Source: Octopus vulgaris
Lineage: Eukaryota
NCBI GenBank assembly: GCA_951406725.2
Contig: OX597836.1
Location: 9,052,001-9,116,000, forward strand
DNA length: 64,000 nucleotides
Reading direction: 5' to 3'
A program made the translations under genes and the position numbers. A model generated the notes under the pieces. That model was not told the origin of the DNA, ran no database searches, and saw only the letters and a list, made by a program, of their open reading frames with translations. Below are positions 54,982 to 64,000 of the stretch, in pieces. Each line of letters begins with the position of its first letter. Position 1 is the stretch's first letter.

Positions 54982-56340
54982 AATGCAGCCGCGACAATAA
55001 CAATAGTAACAATAATAATAACGGAAGTTCCACGTCATTTAATAAAGGGAATTTATAATGTAGCGATAAGAATAATTATAAAATTGTTGAATGCAAAGTC
55101 TTGTCATAGTTTGGCCTTGAAAGAGAAAGCCCTTAGTTTTATACCAGATGGTTGATTTTTCAGTATTGTTGCCTACTTTCTTTGAGTACCTCTTCTGTTT
55201 CCAACCACCACCACCGCCGCCGCCACCCACAATTGTTTCTGAGTCTCTCTCTTTCTCTTTCTCTCTGTGCAAGTGCGAGGTGGTCGTGGGGACGTTGTGG
55301 TGGCGGTTTATAATTTCTAAACACAATATAATTTATAAAATACGCCTACCTTTATCATATACTGGGAAAAAAAGGAAAAAGACAACTTTCGAATAATCTT
55401 CGGGATTTTTTTTTTGTATCAGAGACAATGAAATAAACTGATAAATAAAAGCTCAATAATTAATCTTTACATATGTGGGGGGGGGCGCATACATATGTAT
55501 ATAAATATATACACAGAAACGTACGCACACAAAGACATAAACACACACACACACACATATAAACATACATACAAACATACATATACATGCGTGTGTGTGA
55601 GGGCAGAGGGGGTGTAGAACTTGAATTTATAATTAAACTGTTAATTATACTATGAAAGCATGTCTATGATCATTCGGGGGCGTTTCATGAATGGCGAGGA
55701 AACCGCGGGTCACTGACTGCTAAAGCCACTCTCAGGTCGAGTGTTAATGATCAAGCCAGGATCACGTGATCGGGAATTCTCCTAGCTCTAAGTCCACTAA
55801 ATTATAAGGCTGACTACCAAGCTAAGCTATTTAGTCATCGACTCTTCAGTGCGGATCATCGTCGAAAGTTGCTTGAATTTGCATCGCTTAGCTTAGGAAC
55901 GTGAAACGGATGAAAATTCTCCTGGAGGAAATCTCGCCTCTGCCGACAGATATAGAATATCTTGGATTTATTGCTGGGCGATATCGTAGGCTGTTTCAGT
56001 GTGTGAAACGTATCGCATAGGCAAAGTCTACAGTTACGTGATCCGTGGGAGTATGGCTTAGCTCTGTCGACATTTCGTGGTATATCAGATTTACGGCGTT
56101 CTTGGTCTCTGAGCTTCCAGATCTATAAAGGAGTGGGAAGTGGAAATTTTTCCCGGTTCCTAAACGTTGACTGTTTCGTAACTTGATGTTGTCGATGAGC
56201 CCCGTACAAATAGCTTGATATCGTCAGGTACTGTTATTGATTCTTGACTAGCAATCACTATTTTCGAGAAGCAAGATCCCCTAAGCGGACAAATATATTC
56301 AGTTCCGCAAATGTAAGAATGCTATGTAATATATATATAT

Positions 56341-56506
56341 AGGACCAGGCGTCGCTGTATGGTAAGTAGCTTGCTTTCCAACCACATGGTTCGGGGCTCA
56401 GTTCCACTCTGTGGTACCTTGGGCTAATGTCTACTACTATAGCCTCGGACCGATCGAAGCCTTGTGAGTGGATTTGGTAGGCGGAAACTGAAAGAAGCTC
56501 GTCGTA
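56341..56506 (+). mobile_element. SINE A 5' half
   Basis: Matches the family A head through 'gaagctcgtcgtata'. Confidence 0.85.
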
Positions 56507-56507
56507 T

Positions 56508-56912
56508 AACTCTTCTGAGCGGTCTCCTTGTTTAAGCTGGTGAATGCTGCCATACTCCTTGCCTTCAGTTCATCTTTGATGCTACAAGGAGTTTTGTTGG
56601 TCACTCGCTCAACTGCGCCCCACACATGATAATCAAGAGGGTTGCTGCCTGGAGAGCTAGGCAGTGAGTTGTTAGGGGTGGGTGATGTGGTCGCAGAAAT
56701 TGTCTGATAGTCATGACTGGGTTCTACTGATGCAGAGTCCTAGACATAGGATCTTCCAGTAACCCTCCCTCTTTACTCAGGGCAGTACTACCACCTCCAG
56801 GCACTTGATGTAGGCCTCCGTGTTGAGTCTGAGGCCATGTGGGAAGATGAATGGAGGCATAACGTCGCCATCACTAGTGATCACCATGATGTTGACATGA
56901 TGTTTGATTTTT
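56508..56912 (-). pseudogene. Tc1/mariner superfamily (maT/DD37D-like) transposase fragment
   Basis: ITSDGDVMPPFIFPHGLRLNTEAYIKCLE..SPGSNPLDYHVWGAVER..KDELKARSMAAF; frameshifted. Confidence 0.85.
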
Positions 56913-57739
56913 ATCAGCATGTCGTTTCCAAATTTCTGGCAAAGTGAATAGCGTCATGATGCTGTTTCTCTCGGAGACGGTGCCCAACTGGCCCTACTAT
57001 ACTGTGTAGTCGACAAAATGGAAAACAAACAAGGTGCATATGCGAAATAAAAAACCTAGTATGGCGACAATTTAGCAATCGCACCCTGTATACACATTTA
57101 TACATATATATATATATGAATGTGTATGTATATGTATGTATGCTTGTATGTATGTATGTATGTATGTATGTATATGTATGGATGTATGTATGTATGAATG
57201 TATGCATGTATGTATGTATTTTTGGATTTATGCGTATAATAGGATTATTAACAGCCATTTACCATTTCACGGTCTGATCCCAACCCATAGTTACATAACT
57301 TCATAACATGCCACACTTCCCTCCCGTCCTCAAACCCTCTATCTGCTATTTATGCAGAAATTGCATAACTTCCTATTGTTCAAACTGTTTCAGTGTGCAT
57401 ATATGTATGCACCAAGGGGTGTGTATGTGTATGTGTGTGTGTGCGTGCATTTTTACTTCTTCATGCATGTGTGTGTAAGCAAATATGTGCCTAGATTTAT
57501 CTGTATGTATTCTTGTCTACTTCTCTCAATCCTTTATTCTCTTATTCTTTTATCTGTTTCAGTTATTTGACAGCAGCCATGCTGGAGCACCGGCTTTAAG
57601 TTCGAACCCAGAACTTATTTTTCCTAAAGCATGGTACTTATTCTATATTTCGCCGAACCGCCAACACTGGTTGTTAAGCGGTGGGAAGACAAACACAGAG
57701 GCAATGACACGCATACTTAGATACACACACACGCACACA

Positions 57740-57802
<63 letters not shown>

Positions 57803-57808
<6 letters not shown>

Positions 57809-58020
57809 CAAAATGTGACCGCGTGTGTACCATTGGCGATTTTTTTCCTCTGTCTTCCCTTCTCTGGATCTTTCCTTCCCTATGTTTCCGACGAAGAGCT
57901 CCGCTCGAAACGTTAAACCCTCCTTTTTCCCTTCCTTCCTGAGCGTCCAATAATACTATATTTGTTCCACGTCCTCGCGTTGTTGTGTTTTTTCTCTTTG
58001 TGTTTTCATGTTTGGATTAA

Positions 58021-58025
<5 letters not shown>
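57803..58025 (+). mobile_element. Short (TA)n-embedded element with minimal hammerhead motif (57884-57918)
   Basis: gttt CCGACGA A GAGC tcc GCTC GAAA CG TT aaac; second copy inverted at 62370-62585. Confidence 0.7.
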
Positions 58026-58087
<62 letters not shown>

Positions 58088-58181
58088 CGTGTGTGTGTGT
58101 GTGTGTATTCTCTTTTAGTGCCTTATTATTTAACACACTCACCGGTAAAGTTTCCATTCGTTTACGTATTTATTTTTCCTA

Positions 58182-58244
58182 AAATTTTCGTTGCACCTTG
58201 CAACCTTTTCAACGTTGAAAAGGTTGCAAGATGCAACGAAAATT

Positions 58245-58245
<1 letters not shown>
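58182..58245. repeat. 64-bp spacer-less palindrome, one mismatch
   Basis: aaattttcgttgcaccttgcaaccttttcaac|gttgaaaaggttgcaagatgcaacgaaaattt. Confidence 0.95.
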
Positions 58246-58275
<30 letters not shown>

Positions 58276-58608
58276 CTTGCACCACCGTCTAACGGTGAAT
58301 AGATACAATGTCTTAGATACATAGGAGCAAATATAAACCTACTTATACATACGAGTGGTGCATGAAAAGTTTTAAGCCTTCGAGGCCTTTGAGCTTTGAA
58401 GTCTTGTATCTTCATCAGAAGTCTTCTACCATGAAATACACGAAATATTTTCATTTGTCTTACTCATTTTTACATTTTGGCGTTTTGCTGAAATTTTTCT
58501 TGATAACACATTCTTCGTGGTAATGGCGATTTGACGTATATGTTTAGCATATTAGGTGTCCACTTTAGTGGTCATTAATTTTGTTGATATTTATATATTT
58601 ATATATAT

Positions 58609-59030
58609 TGGCGCAGGAGTGGCTGTGTGGTAAGTAGCTTGCTTCCCAACCACATGGTTCTGGGTTCAGTCCCACTGTTTGGTACCTTGGGCAAGTGTCA
58701 TCTACTATAACTTCGGGCCGACCAAAGCCTTGTGAGTGGACTTGGTGCACGGAAACTGAAAGAATCCCATCGTGTGTGTGTGTGTGTGTGTTTCTTTGTG
58801 CCTATGTTTGTCGCCCTACCATCGCTTGAAAACCGGTGTTGGTGTGTTTACGTCCCCGTAACTTAGCGGTTTGGCAAAATGAGACCGATGGAATAAGTAC
58901 TATGCTTGCAAAGAATAAGTCCTGGCGTTGATTTCTTCCACTAAAACAAAAAAAAAAACCCTTTTAAGGCGGTGCTCCAACATGGCCGCAGTCAAATGCC
59001 TAAAACAAATAAAAGAATAACTCAGAATAA
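58609..59030 (+). mobile_element. SINE A full length
   Basis: Matches family A. Confidence 0.92.
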
Positions 59031-60030
59031 AAGAATAAACGAATAGATAACATAAACTCTCATAATAAAGACTTTTATTCGAGTTTTGAATAGAAATTAT
59101 AATATTATAGAATTCCGTAATTGTGTCTTCGGCTCGTCCAAAAAAAAAACAAACAAAAAAATTATTAAGTTTAAACGCGATGGATAGGAATGGGGTGGAA
59201 GGGTGTTTAGAGTGGTGAGGCGGGGAGGATGGGGAGGAGGAAGGAGGGGAGGCAGGAGAGGTGGGGAAGAGGAGGGGGGGGGTTAGTGTATTCATCGGAA
59301 TATTTAATATTTTCATTGAATATTCTAGACTTTAGAATATTCATTTAAAAGAATTCTAATGAATACATTAACCGGAGGCCGCCGCCGCCGCTACCACCGC
59401 TACCACCACCGTCACCACCGCCACCGCCGCCGCCACCGCCGCCGCCACCGCCGCCGCCACCGCTGTCGCAGCCTCCACCACCACCACCACCACTACCACC
59501 TCCTTCCTACCCAAACCTTCCTTTAAAACTTAATTTTTGAATGAGCCAATGAGGATCTTCTACGCAGTTTCTCGGCTTGCTTGCTAAAGAAAAATGGCAG
59601 CTAACTGTCCCTCATAAAAAAAAAACTCTCCTTCCGTTCTTTTGTGGCGCTCCATGTTGCTCTATTGCCACTGGTCAGTCCCTCTTTGTAGAATTCCAGA
59701 AAAATCTTCCATCTTTTATGCTATTCTTGGAATGCGACCATGTCGGAGTCATATTAAGGCCATGCTAAGGCATTGCCTTGAAGGACTTTGGTCAAAAACG
59801 AATCGACCCCCAGAACTTAAATTTTTTTTTTTTTTGTAAACCTGATATTTATTCCATCTAATTTTTGACGCCAGGGCACCAAGTGGAATAGTTGATTACA
59901 TCGACCCCAGTGTTCGACTGGTACTTATCTTATCGACCCCGAAAGGATTAAAGACAAAATTGAATTCGGCGGAATTTGAACTCAGAACGTAATGGGCCGA
60001 ATCTCGTCACCTTCACACACGTCCAGTATA

Positions 60031-60770
60031 TACGAGGCGCTTTCACAAAGTATTCGACTTTATTTTTTCCCGCCAAAACTAATGCCACGTGTGCAAAATC
60101 CTTAAGGTAGGAGGTGATGCCACCCCTCCTGTGAATGCATGAAAACTTCTGCGCCGGGTGACCGTGTCAGTTCCCGGTTGTTGTGCCTAGAGTACAGGCG
60201 TGTACTGCGCCCTCGTTGGATTTTCGCTTTCACGTAAGATCACCGAACGCACTAAGCACAGACATTGCAGAAAATTTGGCCAAGTATTTGGTGATACTTA
60301 AGCTCCAACCATCCAAAAGATTTAGCAGAGATTTGGCGATCGAGCCATGAGCAAAACTCAGATCAAAGAGCAGCACAATTACTTCAAACATAGCCGTACT
60401 TCAGTGGAAAGGGAAGTACGCTCAGGCAGGTTATCCAAAAGCCGAAACGAGAAGCTGATTGAGAAGGTTCGGCGAAGAGTCATGAAAGACAATCGTGTAA
60501 TAACCCAAGAAATTGCTCACGAAGTGGGAATAAGCGCAGTATCAGTACATTCCATTTTAACGGAGGATTTGTGCAAGCGGAGAGCGTCGGCAAAAAAATT
60601 AAGTCGGTTTGTCATTGAATACAAGTTCTTTGAATGCAAGCTCGTAATCTAAGTTCTTTGAGTCGAGAACAACACACCACTTGTTCGACAGTCCCCCTAC
60701 TCTCCCGGCTTGACTCTGTGTGACTTCTGGCTCTTCTCCAAACTGAAAATTATGCTGAAAAGGAAGTATC
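60031..60770 (+). mobile_element. Internally deleted mariner
   Basis: TA-CGAGG.. terminus, then AMSKTQIKE..FK..RTSVE.EVRSGR..EIAHEVGIS..VHSILTEDL..AK, joined after a short stretch to QSPYSPGLTLCDFWLFSKLK. The first two catalytic Asp motifs are not recognisable. Confidence 0.88.
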
Positions 60771-60784
60771 GGTTTCAAAATTTG

Positions 60785-60985
60785 GCTCAAGGCCAGCAAT
60801 TTCATGGGAGGGCGTAAGTCGATTACATCGACCCCATAGCTCAACATGTACTTATTTTGTCGACTCCGAAAGAATGAAAACCAAAGTCGACCTCAACGGA
60901 AATTGAACTCAGAACTTAAAGACGGACGAAATGCATCTAAGCATTTATTGGCCGACGCGCTAACGATTCTGCCAGTTCGTTTCCT
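60785..60985 (-). mobile_element. Diverged SINE B (another at ~59870-59992)
   Basis: 'aaagtcgacctcaacggaaattgaactcagaac..gctaacgattctgccag'. Confidence 0.8.
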
Positions 60986-61816
60986 TAACAAACATCCGGT
61001 ATGTATTAAAAAACTCCGACGTGAAATTATAAAACATCATGTATTGAATTAGATTCAAATACATAAATATAGTCTGTTTGGGGTTATTTCTTGTTCCTGT
61101 GGGTTTCTATTTAGATTTTTACGGTTTTTCGTTGCCTAGTTTTGTTTTGGGGTGGAGAGGGGAAACAAAAATATACTTTAGTTCATAAGAAAAACATAGT
61201 ATATAACTAATATTTCTGAGTGTGGAAATATCCAGATGTAGATAATTATTTATAATGGAAATATTTCATGGCGAAAACGGTGAAGAATTTTTGGGTATAG
61301 ATATTTATAAACGACGTCGCCATAAATATATGTCTGATTGAAAGTTCTTACAACTAACTTTCACTTGCAAAATTTTCCTCCGTATTCCGACAGTGAGTGG
61401 TGGTGGTCGTGGTCGTGGTGGCGGAGGTGCCGTAGACAAATATTTCATTCCAGAAATTTCGAGCAATTCTGTGAAGATATTTATAGATGTCGACATAAAA
61501 ATACACTGTCTTCAGTTGACATCTCACATTTGCAAATATCTTACCCCCGTAATTCGGTGACGGGTGGAGGAAAGAGAGGCGGGTGTTAAAAATACGGCTA
61601 TTGTTTTGTTTTTCTAACACACATGACCCGTCTCGTTCTTTTTATTTCTCTCTCTTTTTTTGTCTTTCGGGGATCAGGGAATACATTACCTAATAAGAGT
61701 TTTTTTTTATTTATATATGTTCTTTATTTAAATGACAGAAGTATAGTTTTAGCGAAATTAGACAGTTATTTCTAGCTTGTCGAATGACCACTACAGACCC
61801 CACACGAAGTCCCAAG

Positions 61817-61863
<47 letters not shown>

Positions 61864-62301
61864 ATCATCCACAACAAGTAACTTTCAAGGCACTTGACCA
61901 TTTAACATCCTACTACTATCATAGCACTCCCGCATTCTTTTCTTCTTCTTCTTCTTCTTCTTCTTCTTCTTCTTCTTCTTCTTCTACTTCTTCTTCTCTG
62001 CCAAGAATTCACAACGACCTCGAACCCACAAGAGTAAACAAGAGAGACAGAGACAGGTAGAAACAAGGAAAATGGCCCTTGTATTTGAACGCTATGCAAA
62101 TATTCTTTTAAAAAACTTCTCAATTAATTTTTCTAACATTTAATTGTTTTCCATACTTACAATTAAAAAAGTCTCAATGACTGAAACCGGTACTGAAATG
62201 TTATTTTATAAAATTATTTTAGCATTTCCTACCTTGACTGTTTTTTCCATATATATACCAACTCGCGTGTTCCTTTTCAACCTTCTACACACACATGTAC
62301 A

Positions 62302-62369
<68 letters not shown>

Positions 62370-62585
62370 AAGTTAATCCAAACAAGAAAACAAAAACAAA
62401 AAAACAACAACAACGCAAGGACGTGGAACAAATAAAGTATTATTGGACGCTCAGGAAAGAAGGGAAGAAGGAGGATTTGACGTTTCGAGCGGAGCTCTTC
62501 GTCGGAAACATAGGAGAAGGAAAGATCCAGAGAAGGGAAGACAGGGGAAAAAAATCGCTAGAGGTACAGACGAGGTCACATACTA
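62370..62585 (-). mobile_element. Second copy of the minimal-hammerhead element (motif 62475-62509)
   Basis: Minus: gttt CCGACGA A GAGC tcc GCTC GAAA CG TC aaat. Confidence 0.7.
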
Positions 62586-62589
62586 AAAG

Positions 62590-62709
62590 ACAATCGTGAG
62601 CGTATACCATACCACTAAGCACGCGCGCCTTCACCTATATATAATTTTATAAAATTATATATAGGTGAAGGCGCGTGGCTTAGTGGTTTGGTATACGGCT
62701 CACGATTGT
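62590..62709. repeat. Spacer-less inverted duplication of a SINE C head and its flank
   Basis: Perfect 52-bp palindrome 62624-62675 centred at 62649/62650, extending imperfectly to ~120 bp. Confidence 0.92.
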
Positions 62710-62840
62710 AAGGTCATGAGTTCAATTCCTGGTGACGACGCGTTGTGTCCTTGACCAAGAAGCGGAGCGGATTTCCCGCTGCTTCAATCCACTCAGCTGG
62801 CAAAAATGTTTTGTACCTGTATTTCAAAGGGGCCAGCCTT
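62663..62840 (+). mobile_element. SINE C 5' part
   Basis: gtgaaggcgcgtggcttagtgg..gagttcaattcc..ttgtgtccttga..ccactcagctggcaaaaa. Confidence 0.85.
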
Positions 62841-63627
62841 GTGTATGTGTGTGTGTGCATGTCTGAGTGAGTGAGTGAGTGAGTGAGTGTATGTGTGTGC
62901 GTGTGTGTGTGTGTGTGTGTATGTGTGTGTGTGCGTGTGTGTATGTGTGTGTGTATGTGTGTGTGTGCATGTCTAAGTGAGTGTGTGTGCGTGTGTGTGT
63001 GTATGTGTGTGTGTGTGTGTGCGTGTGTGTGTGTGTGCGTGCTTTCTCCGTGTTTCAGTTTATCTCTCACAGTTTTAGGAACGATATCGGTGTGTTAACA
63101 CCCCTGTAACCTAGCGCTTCTTCAAAAAAACAAGTCCATAAGGTAAGTATCAGAACTAAAAGAAGTTTTAAGGTCGATCTAAGCGGCAAATCCCCTCATA
63201 GTGGTGCCCCAGCATGGACGCTATCAAATGGCTGCGACAAGTGAAAGAGTGAAGGAAGTATCCATCCAGTAAATGCTATAACTGTCAGGATTCGAACTTG
63301 AAGATGCTAGGATTGCACACAGACACACACAACATGCACACACACACTCACACACACATATTTTTACATATATACGTATATATACACATACAACATGCGC
63401 ATACACAAGCACAAAGAGACATACAAGCTCATGCATACACATATATATATATTCGCATATTTACAAACACAAAGGTACATCTATACTCAGACACACACAC
63501 ACACACAAACACACGACTAACAGACAGATTGTGATAGAGTAGAATTCATTAAAATATCATGAATGAACACAAAAGACGAAATATTACAAATATTGGATAA
63601 ATAAGAAAAGCAGAGTCAGCAACATTA

Positions 63628-63662
<35 letters not shown>

Positions 63663-63678
63663 GCATATATATAAATAC

Positions 63679-63728
<50 letters not shown>

Positions 63729-63838
63729 CTGTATGTATGTATGCATGTATGCATCAATATACGGCTAAAGGTATGTATATATGCATTCTGGTCACTACTA
63801 CTTAAGTAAGAACAAAAGAGAACAAAGTCATGGAAAAT

Positions 63839-63898
<60 letters not shown>

Positions 63899-64000
63899 AA
63901 AAAACAACAGCAGGAACAACAGCATTCGCAACGACGGTAGTAATAATAATAATAATGATAATAAGAAGAATAAGAATAATAATAATAATAATAATAATAA

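Noticed and set aside
56160-56232. Minus-strand CTGACGA...GAAACAGTC hammerhead-like spacing
   Set aside because: Neither stem I nor stem II can pair.

Overview
Eukaryotic, repeat-saturated DNA with no intact protein-coding gene. The extreme (TA)n/(CA)n/(TATG)n/(GATA)n load and the SINE families suggest an octopod cephalopod (Octopus-like) intron or intergenic region; this is inferred from the repeats alone. Nearly all listed ORFs are translations of microsatellites. Real content: four tRNA-derived SINE families (here A, B, C, D), where family B forms head-to-tail multimers bracketed by one target-site duplication; decayed transposons (two mariners, a maT/DD37D-like piece, a hAT MITE, Helitron/Helentron-type pieces); and LINE remnants (a 5'-intact, 3'-deleted Tx1-type L1, RTE, R4/Dong-like, CR1/L2-like). 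The most notable signal is a set of hammerhead-ribozyme (HHR) motifs in short non-coding elements, mostly inside (TA)n tracts. Two have intact cores and sit back-to-back on opposite strands at 44.3 and 44.8 kb; one lies in a 474-nt unit with a 30-nt terminal redundancy (retrozyme/Penelope-like). Several more have variant or degenerate cores, and two spacer-less palindromes lie at element 5' ends. Boundaries were read by eye and are approximate unless bases are quoted.
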